Shown here: piece after piece, positions 14,334 through 24,709 of the stretch
Layout of the letters: every line of letters begins with the position of its first letter
How positions within the stretch are numbered: the first letter of the stretch is position 1
Assembly (NCBI GenBank): GCA_964228815.1
Contig: CAXRAL010000007.1
Location: forward strand, 41,891 to 105,890
DNA length: 64,000 nt
Direction: 5' to 3'
From: Candidatus Poseidoniaceae archaeon
GTDB lineage: Archaea; Thermoplasmatota; Poseidoniia; Poseidoniales; Poseidoniaceae
Notes under the pieces: model-generated
What the model saw: only the letters and a program-made list of their open reading frames with translations
Told to the model about the DNA's origin: nothing
Databases searched by the model: none
Translations under genes and position numbers: made by a program

Positions 14334-15362
14334 CTATTCGAGTTGAGCAGCAGACTGTTCCATCACCGGAACAGGCGCCTCCTTGGTTGATTGTTGGTCA
14401 AGACCGGCCTGCATGTACCGGCTGTTGAGAACCACGGGAACCACGACCACGGCCGCCAGCAAAACAAACAGCGTGAGCGGTACCGTCCAGGGCGGAAGAA
14501 GGGCCGACCGCTCCGTAGGAAGCACGGTGATGTCGGCGATCAGGACGCTGTTCAAGGCGGCTGCATCATCGTCGTTGGTGTTGTCCCAAGCATCGATGAC
14601 GAGGTAGAAATCCTGCCATTCCGAGCCACCGAACAGCGAGGAATAGACCTCTGGACCGTCCATGGCGACGGAGAATGTGAGTTCTTCCCGCTGTTCGTAT
14701 TGATGCACGTCGCGGTACGATTGCCAGCCGAGCGGGTTGAAACTGCGCCATTCAGGCGGGATATCGCTGAGTACGTCACCGTCGCCACCCGCAAGGTCAA
14801 GGTCATCCCACCACCAACCGCCGTGCATCATTCGGTATACCTCGCCGTATGCATCGTATTGCGTTTTGGTCATCAGGTAAACATCGGCCATCGCCGGTTT
14901 CGTGGTGTTCCCATCCGTTTCATACAGAGAGATGCAGAAGGTGGTCCGATGCGAACTGGACAGGTTCATCCGGAGCACGCCGGAACTGTCGTTTCCGATT
15001 TCCATGACGGTGTACTGCCCCGAGGTGAGTGGATCAAGACGTGGCAGCGGCCAAATTGGATTGTAGACCCATGGTTCCTCGGGGTGAAGGGCTGGGTCAA
15101 GGTCGCCGACGTTGGTTTCGTAGTACTCCTCGTGATCTCTGCCCTCCGTCGCATAAACGGGTTCGCCGTAGTAAGGGTCGAAGGCGTATGGGCTGCTCCA
15201 ATGGGGCACCAACGCCATGTGCTGAAGGCTGGTGTTCCATTCGGGTGTGGCCACTTGACCCTCGCATCCCGAGGCCGCTTGAGCCGAAGGAAGCACGCTC
15301 GTGCTTGGAGAAACGAGGATGGCCATCAAGACCATCAAAGCGACCGCCGATGTCGTTCGCAT
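14334..15362 (-). CDS. Hypothetical secreted protein with C-terminal membrane anchor
   Basis: Signal-peptide-like N-terminus and C-terminal TM. Directly downstream of the PKD protease; alternative TTG start at 15413. Confidence 0.7.
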   Translation of the reverse strand: MRTTSAVALMVLMAILVSPSTSVLPSAQAASGCEGQVATPEWNTSLQHMALVPHWSSPYAFDPYYGEPVYATEGRDHEEYYETNVGDLDPALHPEEPWVYNPIWPLPRLDPLTSGQYTVMEIGNDSSGVLRMNLSSSHRTTFCISLYETDGNTTKPAMADVYLMTKTQYDAYGEVYRMMHGGWWWDDLDLAGGDGDVLSDIPPEWRSFNPLGWQSYRDVHQYEQREELTFSVAMDGPEVYSSLFGGSEWQDFYLVIDAWDNTNDDDAAALNSVLIADITVLPTERSALLPPWTVPLTLFVLLAAVVVVPVVLNSRYMQAGLDQQSTKEAPVPVMEQSAAQLE

Positions 15363-15409
15363 GCCTTCACCCAGTCTGAGACGGTCCTGCTCGGTTTTAG
15401 GACATTCCC

Positions 15410-18400
15410 TCAACGACGGCGCAGGGGGCGAACATAGCCACTCTCATCGTTCCGGCGTTCATCCTTTGAGAGGATCTTCGGGGCGGGCGGTGGCATGTGA
15501 TGGTCCATGCCAAGCAAACCGCCTTGCGACTCAACATGCTCGATATCGGTGTACGTCTCAGCGGCTTCCTTGGCTTCTTCCTCGAGCGCCGATGGCTCAC
15601 GCATCACGAGCCATCCCAAGACCAGGGCCACCACAATGAGCGCAATGAAGGTCGCTAGCTCGGAACCAGCATCGGCCAGCCAGGATTTCCACTCGTCAGC
15701 GCTGAAGTCGGACAGGGAGGGCGGACCATCGGGCTCCGGGACCACTTCGATGTCCTCGGTCAAGATGTCGCACTGACCCATGCCATCGCAAACTTCCACC
15801 AACACGGTGTAGAACCCTGTGGCCTCCCAGGTGTTGATGGTGCGGACGGGAGAACCAGCGATAGGAGTGACCCAATCGTCGGCAGGATTACCGTTTTCAT
15901 CCGCGTCGGTTTCAATGTCAAAGTCCCAACGAACGGTGAACTGCGTGAGAATGCGCTCGTCTCGCTCGGTGATCGAGCCGTCCTCGACATCCAAGTCGCG
16001 ATAAATCTCCATTTCACTTCCAGCCTCGGCGTCAAACACATCGGCGTCAAAGGAGATGGACGAGCCCGCAAAGATGTTCTCTGGAACGTAGATATCCCTC
16101 GCTTCGGGTGGCTCGTCAACCACCACGGTGAAGGTTTGGCGAGATACATCACCCGTTCCAAACCCGTCTCGCACAGTGAGCGAAACCGTGTAGGTGCCGG
16201 GGAGCGTGTAGGCATGCCAAGGTGTCGCCTCGTGAACCAGTGGCGTCGCATCGCCGAAGTCCCAGGTGTATTGGACCAAGCCGTTCCAATCGGGCGATTC
16301 CACTTCAAATGGTACGTACTTGCCTTCGAATTGCCGATCGCCATCACGTGTTCCGGAGGAATCGAAGTAGAGCATACGCTCGGGTGCCGTTACCACGGCG
16401 CCGTCCTCATTGAAGGTGTGCGACCAAGCGTCGGGGACGGTCCCCTCGGGGAACGGCGTTGAGGTGGTGATGATGTCGTCTCCGATGTACCCGTCCAAGA
16501 TGCGGACCTGAATGATGGGGAGCGGATTCGCAATTCGAACCGTCATGGTACGGGCGAAACTCTCCTGCCCGTCCTTGTCAGTGACGACCAGGGACACGGT
16601 GTGAACACCGGGGGTGGTGAAGGTGTGCGTCACTTGGGGACGGTCACCGAAGGTGCCGTCGGAGAAGGTCCAGTTCCACACCTCAATGTCTGTTGAATCA
16701 CCCACTGAACCGTCGGGGTCCATGCTGTCAAGTCCGTCAAACACGTAGGCTGTGTCGACCTCACCGTCTTCCTCTCGGAAGTCGATTTCACGTGAACCCA
16801 TCGCCGAGAGCGTCCTGACGTCAAAGGTGGCCACAGGCATTTGGTTCAACACCACCACGTTGAGGACGGCCGTTGCTTGGCTACCGTCGTCGTCCGTGAC
16901 CGTGAGCGAGACTGTCTTGTTGCCTGGAACATCCCATGCTACGATGGGGTTCGTGGCACTGCTGCTCACCGTGGAGAAGTCGTCGTTTCGGGTCGGTGTC
17001 CCCGTTCCAACGCGAACACCGTCCGGGAAGGACCACGCATAGGTGAGGAGTTCACCGTCGTCGTCCACAAACACATCGGGAAGGACCAGACTGGTGTAGG
17101 TCATGGTGGTCAACGTCTCTGCATAAATTTGGACAGGCACCCTGTTGTTGATGTGAACGAGAAGCGTCTTCGTTCCGACGTTGATGCCGTCGGAGACGGT
17201 GAGGGTGAGGGTGAAGATCTCACTTTCCCCGTCGATGTCATCCCATTCGTGCTGTTGCGAATAGACGCCAACACCGCCGCTTTGCGTGCCATCGCCCCAA
17301 TCCCACTGGAAGTCGAGGTGGTCGATGGGAACATTGTCGACAGAGCGACCAGCTGAGAAGAGAATACGCTGACCGGTTAGCAAGGAAATGTTGTCTTCTA
17401 TCACCACGTTGTTCACGGTGATGACCGGCAACGGTTCGGTGATGTCACTGACATTGATGGCGTGGACTTGCGTCTCGGACCACGTTCCACCTTGATCCAT
17501 CACGCGCAGAGTGGCGTTGTAACTTCCGACCTCCGTGTAAGATCGAAGGGGTGATTTGAGGTTTGAAGAGGCGTTGTCGCCAAACACCCACGCATAGGCC
17601 GTCGGTGCGTCGAGGTAGGGGAGGCTGTTGTTGGAGAGGGAAAGGCCCCATGCATCAAACCCGGCGCCTTGGAACTGAATGTTCTCCCATGTTTGAACGT
17701 CGGTGAGCGAGACACTTCCATTGGCCACTGGTCGCATGTTGTTCAACATCTGAGGCGATGTTTGGAGGGTGTCAACCGGTTCACCAAGCATGTCCTTCAT
17801 GACCATGTCAAAGGCGTACTGGTCAGCCAGTGGTGCCGTGAAGTAGACCTGGCTGTCAACGGTCACGCCGCCACCGGCGGCGACCCTGTCGGTGATGGTG
17901 TCCACGACCGTGCCGCTCGCATCACGAACGGTGATTTCGACATCAAGATCCTCAAAGAAGGCGTTAGAAAGGACGCCGTAGTTGATTTCCACCGTGTCTT
18001 CCATGCCATCACCGTCCCGGTCCGAAAGCACCGTGTTGTTGAGCGAGAGCGTGGCAGGCGAAGTGATTCGGGCAGCCTCAATGTCAACGGTCCCTTCAGG
18101 ATAGGAGGGGCCGCACGAGGTGTAGTCGCAATCCGCTACCGTGGAAGCGTACCAGGTGATCACCCACACTTCATCGGTGAGGTTGCCAAACCCAGGTACC
18201 AAGCCGGTGGCAACGTTGTTCACGAAGTTCAGGTCGGTGACACTCCACAGGCCGTCCGAAACGGCCTTCGTTACAATCACGCCGTCGAACTGGCTCTTGT
18301 CGGCCGTCAAACGAAGGGTCAGCGGTGCCGGTGATGCGGCTCCTGGTGTGAACTGGAACGACCGAATGCCCCATCCTTCAAGGGTGTTGCCGGTTGAGGA

Positions 18401-19615
18401 CCAAGGGGTGGACCAGTCGCTGTTGACTTCGGTTGGCTGTGCCCTGCAGAACGCCCCACCGGTGCAGACAGGGTTGAGGTCAAGGTTCGGGTAGCCGTAG
18501 ATGCCTTGGTCGGAATCGAGGGTGGCTGCGATGCTGAAGTTTGCAAAGGCTTCGTTCATGGTCCTACCAAGAAGGCCGACCTGCCCGCTTTGTGGCGAGA
18601 GAAGCAGGTTCTCAACACCCCTGCCACCCGTTGCAGAGTCTTGCACGAGTTGGCGAACGGCGGGACCGCCGCCGAGGTGTTCGGCGAGGTACATGGTGAA
18701 CATGTAGCCTGCACCATAATCCGCAATGCGCTGATTCCACCAACGCACCGATTGTTCGGGCGCACCCGTCCATGCGTTCACGTGGCCGGTCAAGGTTGAA
18801 TCTGCACCGAAGCAGAGGTAAATCGCCACGTCGGCGTTGCCTTCGTCAATCCAGAGGTTTTCGTAGGGGTCGAGGGCGTTGTGCAGCAAATGCTCGAGTT
18901 CGTGTGCGAGGATGGAGCGGCCCCAGGAAAGGGTGATGTCGGCATAATCCACGAACACTGCCTCCCGTGATGAAGAGAAGGAAGGCGCAAAGTAGCCGCC
19001 CGTGTTGTACGCACCGTCGATGTCGTAAATGATGATTTGAACCTGACAATTGTTGTCAATGTCGGGGGGCGCAAGTCCTCGTCCATCCTGGTAGTCCTTG
19101 CCGTAGTAGGTCGTCATGGTGGGATAAATGGTGGAATCCCATGTGCTCGCTAGGTTGTTGAGCACGGTGGAGGAGAGCGTCCGCCCGCTTTGGACGATGA
19201 AAGCCACCGTCGTGGTTGTTTTTGCAACGTAGGCCGAAATGGAACCACCGGAGATGGGAACCGTCAGCGTATCGCCGACGACATGAGGGGTGCAAGCACG
19301 ACCGGAGGAGCGTCCCATCGAGGGCTCAATCACCATGTCGTCCACGCCGGGCCGGCCTTCGTCGATCCATGCCTGTCGCATGAATTGCGTGGCGGAGACA
19401 ACGGGCTCTTCCTCGTGAATAAACAAATACTCACTTCCTTCACCGGGGTCAAATTCATCCAAATCTCCGATGATCACGCCACCCGCATTGTAGACGTTGG
19501 TTGAGGTCGTTTCCTCACCTCCTTCTGCAGCCACGCTCATCAGCAAGGGCGCCGTGCTGGACACGAGCATCAGGAGGACGAAGGCAAAGGCTGGACTGGA
19601 GCGCCGTTCCGACAT
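15410..19615 (-). CDS. Large surface-anchored zinc metallopeptidase with multiple PKD domains
   Basis: Signal peptide; ILAHELEHLLH...WIDEGNAD zincin motif; repeated W(D/T/V)FGD/WDWGDG and 'V.LTV.D.DG' PKD motifs; C-terminal TM. Confidence 0.85.
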   Translation of the reverse strand: MSERRSSPAFAFVLLMLVSSTAPLLMSVAAEGGEETTSTNVYNAGGVIIGDLDEFDPGEGSEYLFIHEEEPVVSATQFMRQAWIDEGRPGVDDMVIEPSMGRSSGRACTPHVVGDTLTVPISGGSISAYVAKTTTTVAFIVQSGRTLSSTVLNNLASTWDSTIYPTMTTYYGKDYQDGRGLAPPDIDNNCQVQIIIYDIDGAYNTGGYFAPSFSSSREAVFVDYADITLSWGRSILAHELEHLLHNALDPYENLWIDEGNADVAIYLCFGADSTLTGHVNAWTGAPEQSVRWWNQRIADYGAGYMFTMYLAEHLGGGPAVRQLVQDSATGGRGVENLLLSPQSGQVGLLGRTMNEAFANFSIAATLDSDQGIYGYPNLDLNPVCTGGAFCRAQPTEVNSDWSTPWSSTGNTLEGWGIRSFQFTPGAASPAPLTLRLTADKSQFDGVIVTKAVSDGLWSVTDLNFVNNVATGLVPGFGNLTDEVWVITWYASTVADCDYTSCGPSYPEGTVDIEAARITSPATLSLNNTVLSDRDGDGMEDTVEINYGVLSNAFFEDLDVEITVRDASGTVVDTITDRVAAGGGVTVDSQVYFTAPLADQYAFDMVMKDMLGEPVDTLQTSPQMLNNMRPVANGSVSLTDVQTWENIQFQGAGFDAWGLSLSNNSLPYLDAPTAYAWVFGDNASSNLKSPLRSYTEVGSYNATLRVMDQGGTWSETQVHAINVSDITEPLPVITVNNVVIEDNISLLTGQRILFSAGRSVDNVPIDHLDFQWDWGDGTQSGGVGVYSQQHEWDDIDGESEIFTLTLTVSDGINVGTKTLLVHINNRVPVQIYAETLTTMTYTSLVLPDVFVDDDGELLTYAWSFPDGVRVGTGTPTRNDDFSTVSSSATNPIVAWDVPGNKTVSLTVTDDDGSQATAVLNVVVLNQMPVATFDVRTLSAMGSREIDFREEDGEVDTAYVFDGLDSMDPDGSVGDSTDIEVWNWTFSDGTFGDRPQVTHTFTTPGVHTVSLVVTDKDGQESFARTMTVRIANPLPIIQVRILDGYIGDDIITTSTPFPEGTVPDAWSHTFNEDGAVVTAPERMLYFDSSGTRDGDRQFEGKYVPFEVESPDWNGLVQYTWDFGDATPLVHEATPWHAYTLPGTYTVSLTVRDGFGTGDVSRQTFTVVVDEPPEARDIYVPENIFAGSSISFDADVFDAEAGSEMEIYRDLDVEDGSITERDERILTQFTVRWDFDIETDADENGNPADDWVTPIAGSPVRTINTWEATGFYTVLVEVCDGMGQCDILTEDIEVVPEPDGPPSLSDFSADEWKSWLADAGSELATFIALIVVALVLGWLVMREPSALEEEAKEAAETYTDIEHVESQGGLLGMDHHMPPPAPKILSKDERRNDESGYVRPLRRR

Positions 19616-19702
19616 GTCAAACACCAACGAGAATCGTGTTACGGATTCCCTATTTTGCGAGTAGAAAGGAGGTATTTAAGAGTCCGTGGTCGAGGCGTCA
19701 TC

Positions 19703-20905
19703 ATGCATCATGCAAACGTGCGTGCTTCAACCGCAACGCGTGGCCTCATGTTGGCCGTTCTGGCCAGCATGGTTCTGGCCTCAACCGCTCCGGTTTCGCA
19801 TGCCTCGTTTGAGAACCTTGAACCCTCCATGCTGTGCTCCACGATTGAGGAGTTGCAATTCAATGGAACAGACGCCAACGCATCGATTGCCTGGCAGGTC
19901 GGATTGGGGCCCCGCATTCCCGGTTCAAACGCCTCTGCCGAATTCCGCTCCACCATCACCGCCGACCTTGCGTCGCTGGGTTACGAAGTGAGCAACCGGA
20001 CGCACGAACGGTACGGCATGGAACTCACGAACCTCTTTGCACGCTGGCCCTCGAACTCAACCGGCAACGGCCAACTCGTGCTTTCAGCCCATTACGATTC
20101 TCGCAACGTGGCGGACCAAGACGAAAATGAAAGCAACCAATCCCTCCCGGTCCCTGGTGCAAACGATGCGGCGAGTGGTGTTGCCGTGCTGTTGGAGCTT
20201 GCTCGCCACATCCCCCAAATGAACTTGGAGTACGACGTGGTGCTGTTCTTCAACGACGCAGAGGACCAGCAGCCCAAGTACACGCTGGGCGCAGAGGCAT
20301 GGGCGGAAAACCTGACGAGAGACGAAATCAACGCCACCCATGCCTTTGTGTTGCTGGACATGGTAGGAGACGCTGACTTGCAACTCCACGACATCGCGCC
20401 CGGCAACGGCACCCTGAAATCGAGGGTGGTCCAACTCGGCACCTCGTTGGGGTTGGTGAACGGCACCACTTCTTGCAACGGCGAGCCCGGCTTGGATGTT
20501 CTCCAGTACGGGACCACCGTGTACGTGCTGGACGATCACGTCCATGCGCACAACCTCGGCATCCCTGCCATTGACCTCATGGACACCTCCTTCGGTGTGC
20601 CCAAGCCCTACACGTTCGGTTCGTACTGGCACACGATGGAGGACACCCCCGACAAGGTCAGTGCTGAATCGCTGGCCAAGGTGGGCCGCCTTGTCGAACT
20701 CGGATTGCGCACCGATGCCTTCGTCAACATCAACCCTTCAACGGACACCACGGGTGAGGAGGACACACCCTCCGAGGAACAGCCCGAAAAGGACGAATCT
20801 GTAGGCCACCCCAATCAGAACACCGGGCTCGCAGTCATGGCCTTCGTCGGACTGGTCAGCATTCTCGGTCTGCTCGTGGTGGTTGAAGTCAAAGGAAAAC
20901 GCTAA
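19703..20905 (+). CDS. M28 family peptidase / glutaminyl cyclase-like, secreted and C-terminally anchored
   Basis: LSAHYDSR, GANDAASGVAVLLE, DAEDQ, LLDMVGD, DDH and YWHTMEDT motifs. Confidence 0.9.
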   Translation: MHHANVRASTATRGLMLAVLASMVLASTAPVSHASFENLEPSMLCSTIEELQFNGTDANASIAWQVGLGPRIPGSNASAEFRSTITADLASLGYEVSNRTHERYGMELTNLFARWPSNSTGNGQLVLSAHYDSRNVADQDENESNQSLPVPGANDAASGVAVLLELARHIPQMNLEYDVVLFFNDAEDQQPKYTLGAEAWAENLTRDEINATHAFVLLDMVGDADLQLHDIAPGNGTLKSRVVQLGTSLGLVNGTTSCNGEPGLDVLQYGTTVYVLDDHVHAHNLGIPAIDLMDTSFGVPKPYTFGSYWHTMEDTPDKVSAESLAKVGRLVELGLRTDAFVNINPSTDTTGEEDTPSEEQPEKDESVGHPNQNTGLAVMAFVGLVSILGLLVVVEVKGKR

Positions 20906-20973
20906 CGGAACACGCGGTCACCGAACAAAGAGGTATTATCCGCGCACGCACTCGGCGCAACGGGAGGAGTAGC

Positions 20974-21837
20974 ATGTCCGACGAGCGCGAAGCAAGGATG
21001 GAAGCCCTTCGTGCCCGTGTCAAGGCCAAGAAAGAGGCGGCGCTCAGCGGCGGCATCATCGAAGAAGAATTGGTGGTCAGCGCCCAAGAACTCCCCCCCG
21101 CTGAATCAACCCGTCAGCAAGAAGACGATGAGTGGTACGAACTCATGGACCTCGATGCGGACCGATGGAGAAACTTGGCGGCCGTGCTCATCCTAGTCGG
21201 CAGCATCCTGGGCATGGTCAGCGGTGCGCTTATCCTTCAAGGGAATCCCACCGAACTGCTCAACACATCCCTCTTCGCAGAACAAGAATCGGTTGACATC
21301 TCCGGTACGGCCCTCGAGGACGTGGACGGAAATGGCGTTGAGAACGTCTCCGTGGTGCTCCTTGAAGCCGAATCTCGGGCAGAATTGCAATCAACCTTCA
21401 CCGATGGTTTCGGCTACTTTGCCATGAAAAACGTCGCACAAGAGGTCCATATCATCGTCTTCTCAAAGGAAGGCTATGTCACGGTGGAACGGACCTTCGT
21501 CCCCGACAACGTCGGCTTGGACCCTGTCACGATGAAACCAGGGAACGCCACCCCCGTCAGGGAAGAGAACGACCAGCAGTCCATTTCGGGCTGGACCCTC
21601 GATAACGCCGTCGGACTCTCAACCGCCATCGGCGTGCTCACCATCGGCACGGCGTTGCTTGGCATCCAATCTGCGGTCGAAATTCGTCGTGGCAAACACT
21701 ACCGACGAAGCCAATACTTGGCGGCAGGCGCCCTGTTCAGTCGCGGCCTGATCATCGTTGGACCGACATTGATCTTGTTTGGAATGATCGTGAACCTGTT
21801 TGCAAAAATGGACTTTGAAGACCAACGTGAGGATTGA
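20974..21837 (+). CDS. Membrane protein with carboxypeptidase-regulatory-like (transthyretin-like) domain
   Basis: TM helix, 'ISGTALEDVDGNGVENVSV...TFTDGFGYF...FSKEGY' beta-sandwich signature, and further TMs. Confidence 0.7.
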   Translation: MSDEREARMEALRARVKAKKEAALSGGIIEEELVVSAQELPPAESTRQQEDDEWYELMDLDADRWRNLAAVLILVGSILGMVSGALILQGNPTELLNTSLFAEQESVDISGTALEDVDGNGVENVSVVLLEAESRAELQSTFTDGFGYFAMKNVAQEVHIIVFSKEGYVTVERTFVPDNVGLDPVTMKPGNATPVREENDQQSISGWTLDNAVGLSTAIGVLTIGTALLGIQSAVEIRRGKHYRRSQYLAAGALFSRGLIIVGPTLILFGMIVNLFAKMDFEDQRED

Positions 21838-23207
21838 GCATGTACTTAATCTCAGTCGAGGGTGGCGACGGGTCCGGCAAGGGCGAGGCCGCTCGTATTC
21901 TCGGCGAACTCCTCAACGAGTTCCCGTTCCCAGATGTGGTGATGACCCACGAGCCTCGTCGGCACAGTGAATTGGGGAAGTTGGCCCTCCAGTCCGTGAA
22001 ACTGGGGAACAAGACACCGCTTGAGGAAGCAGGTCTGTTCGCCGCTGACCGTCTCGACCACTCCCACACCTTCATCCGCCCGCACCTGGCCAAGGGTTGC
22101 GTGGTCATCTCCGACCGGAACATCCACTCGTCCCTCATCTACCAGGGCGTGGTTGGCGACCTCGGGCTCGAAAAAGTCGCTGGCATGAACGCTGCCGCCA
22201 TGATCCCCGACCTCGTGTTTTGGATTGACTGCGACCCTGAGAAGGCCATGAAACGAATCAAATCGGGAACGCTCCGCATGACCAGTCAAAAGCAGGAATA
22301 TTTCGAAACCCAAGAAATCCAGACCACCATTCGCCAAGGCTTTCATGCGTTGTTCGGTGAACTTGGCGAAGTCCCTCCACCCTTCAACCAGTGTTGCGTG
22401 GTAGGTCCCATCATGAACGAAGGTGGGCTGGACGAACTGAAAACAAAACTTAGGCGTGAACTTCGTCGATTTTTCAACAAAAAACCGCTCCCACTGAACG
22501 TGGATCGCGACGCTGTTGACCGCACCCTGCTCAACGCCTTGGTCCATGACGTCAAGAAACAACGAAGATTGCCCGGAGCACCGCAAGAACGAACGGCGAT
22601 TCACGTGGGCTGGTTGGGTGGAAAATCACCGGCGTACTGGATGAAAGAGGCCGAAGACAATTGGCCGACGGTTTCGGCACAGGAGCACGACGTGCCAGCT
22701 TCACCCCTCGCCCATTCCTGCTGGTCCATCTTGGGCACGCTCTCGCTGATGGTGGGTTCAAGCGAAGTCCCTCGCCTCCACGCTGCGCTCGGCCCCGTAC
22801 GCATGGTGACACAGCGGCACACACAACGCCTGATCAAGTGGCTGTTGACCGAGCATTGGGTTCACAAACAACAGAACCACACCCCGTTCAGCGACGCTCA
22901 ACTCTTCAAACTTCGAGAAGAACGACTCGGCTTCGCCCGACTGACCTTGGCCATGTGGCCGTTGAGGACGCAACTCGCCTCCTGGCGACGAGCCAACCCC
23001 GAAGCCGAGTGGACCCAAGCCCTGCATGACGTGTTCGCAGTGGAGGAAGGCAAAACCCTGGCGACCGGTTTGCAAAAGGCCGTTTTCGACGTGCATGAAC
23101 GCCTCAAAATCCTAACCAGCGGCCACGAAGGCTGCCCGCTGCCGACCAACGCCGCTGAATTGACCGTCTGGTGGTCGATGCAACCGCCGAATCACTCGGA
23201 TTCCTGA
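21834..23207 (+). CDS. tmk: Thymidylate kinase fused to an uncharacterised C-terminal domain
   Basis: ISVEGGDGSGKG, HEPR, LFAADRLDH, ISDRNIHSSLIYQG and PDLVFWID, followed by about 240 extra residues. Confidence 0.88.
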   Translation: MSMYLISVEGGDGSGKGEAARILGELLNEFPFPDVVMTHEPRRHSELGKLALQSVKLGNKTPLEEAGLFAADRLDHSHTFIRPHLAKGCVVISDRNIHSSLIYQGVVGDLGLEKVAGMNAAAMIPDLVFWIDCDPEKAMKRIKSGTLRMTSQKQEYFETQEIQTTIRQGFHALFGELGEVPPPFNQCCVVGPIMNEGGLDELKTKLRRELRRFFNKKPLPLNVDRDAVDRTLLNALVHDVKKQRRLPGAPQERTAIHVGWLGGKSPAYWMKEAEDNWPTVSAQEHDVPASPLAHSCWSILGTLSLMVGSSEVPRLHAALGPVRMVTQRHTQRLIKWLLTEHWVHKQQNHTPFSDAQLFKLREERLGFARLTLAMWPLRTQLASWRRANPEAEWTQALHDVFAVEEGKTLATGLQKAVFDVHERLKILTSGHEGCPLPTNAAELTVWWSMQPPNHSDS

Positions 23208-23953
23208 CGTCCGTTGCTTGCAAGGGTGAATCGCGCCTCGCCGGGCAAAAGCACCTGCCCCGCACCGAAGAACGCCTCGGCCCGAGCGGCAAACATTGAG
23301 CACAACAGGATTCCAAGTCCGAAGCCGAAGGGAACGCCGGTCAACACTCGCTTGAAGTTGGTTGATTCATACGACGTGAGGAGTTGAAGGAAACCGTCAG
23401 CGATCAGCGGAACGCAAAGCAACATGCCGCATGCCAACCACAACATCGTGCGCTGATTTTTTGCATACACGCCGTGAAGCATGGATTCAGGCAGCAGAGA
23501 GAGGCAGGTATCACGAACCGTCCACCGATTCCAACCGCGGCGAGAGAACACAACGCCGCCAATAAATAGGCCAGCAAAGATGCCAACATCACGGGTGCAG
23601 ACAGGAAGTTGGTTGTTGTTTACTTCCCACGAACGCTCTGATTTTTGATGGCAATTTACATCGCCAAAACCGTAGATGATGGCGGCGTAGAAGTTGACCT
23701 CTGACCATGCAAAGGCGGGGCAGCATTGGCCGTCACCAGCCCCCATGTCGGCGGCTTGGTTGCCATGTGATCCAAAGCCGTCCTCGCTGTAGTAATCGAT
23801 GGCGTTGGCGCGACCCTGAAGCGGCCCAACCGAGCCCTCCTCAAGGGTCATGGGAGCGAGGAAAAACGACACGAGGAGGAACCCACAAACACCCAACACC
23901 CATCGTCCAATCTTGCCTTCCCGCATCCGGTCGGGCAAACCATTGCGCTCCAT
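23192..23953 (-). CDS. DUF2085-family membrane protein
   Basis: CHQKSERS, QLPVCTRDVGIF and DGFLQLLTSYESTNFKRVLTG are the DUF2085 signature. Confidence 0.85.
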   Translation of the reverse strand: MERNGLPDRMREGKIGRWVLGVCGFLLVSFFLAPMTLEEGSVGPLQGRANAIDYYSEDGFGSHGNQAADMGAGDGQCCPAFAWSEVNFYAAIIYGFGDVNCHQKSERSWEVNNNQLPVCTRDVGIFAGLFIGGVVFSRRGWNRWTVRDTCLSLLPESMLHGVYAKNQRTMLWLACGMLLCVPLIADGFLQLLTSYESTNFKRVLTGVPFGFGLGILLCSMFAARAEAFFGAGQVLLPGEARFTLASNGRQESE

Positions 23954-24033
23954 GCAGTCCTAAGCCCGGCAGAATCACTTCATTCTTTCTTCATCAACCA
24001 AGCCTTCAATGGCCCCACGCCTCATCCGTCATC

Positions 24034-24666
24034 ATGGCCGAGACCGAGCGCCCCCGCATTGGCTTGGTCACCGGCGTCCAAGCGGGTGGCTTCATCGGCC
24101 TCTTTCTTGGTTTTTCACTCGCCGTTGTTTCGGCGTTGACCGATCCCGATGCCTTGGTGAGGCTTGTTCAACTCATGTGCATCACGCCGGTGGCTTGTGC
24201 TCTTCTTTTCGGTCCGTTCTTGGGCTTCAGAAGGGCACCCCTCGTCTCCAACGTGGACCCCATCGATGAGATCAGAACTCGGCTCCAACCCTTCAACGAA
24301 GGCCAAGGGAAGTGGCGCGTGCTCAGCCATGTTCGGAGCGACGGTCGAACGGTTCGCATCGACCTCCACAACTCAACTCAACCCTTGACCATCGTGGCTT
24401 CAACCCTCGAATTGGCTGAGGAACACCCCATTCGCTACATCGTCGGACGAGGTGAAGCCCGAAGCAGAGACCCCGAACTGCGTGGCACGGTGCTGGCGTA
24501 CATCGAAGAGCACGTCATGCTGAACCGACGCCGGCGAACCTCCTCGTCCGTGGAAGTGCTTCCACCGTCGGTGATCGAACACATGGAAGCCACGCATCGC
24601 ATGCATCGTCGCTTGTTCTACCTCCTACCCATCATCCTGTTCTTTGCCTGGCTGGAAATGCGCTGA
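24034..24666 (+). CDS. Membrane-anchored Smr/SMR-domain-like protein
   Basis: Two N-terminal TMs, RIDLHN...YIVGRG...VEVLP core, and a C-terminal TM. Start placed at ATG 24034. Confidence 0.65.
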   Translation: MAETERPRIGLVTGVQAGGFIGLFLGFSLAVVSALTDPDALVRLVQLMCITPVACALLFGPFLGFRRAPLVSNVDPIDEIRTRLQPFNEGQGKWRVLSHVRSDGRTVRIDLHNSTQPLTIVASTLELAEEHPIRYIVGRGEARSRDPELRGTVLAYIEEHVMLNRRRRTSSSVEVLPPSVIEHMEATHRMHRRLFYLLPIILFFAWLEMR

Positions 24667-24709
24667 GGACAACGCAACAGGCTATGAGGGAGCGGCGTCT
24701 CCCGCAAGC

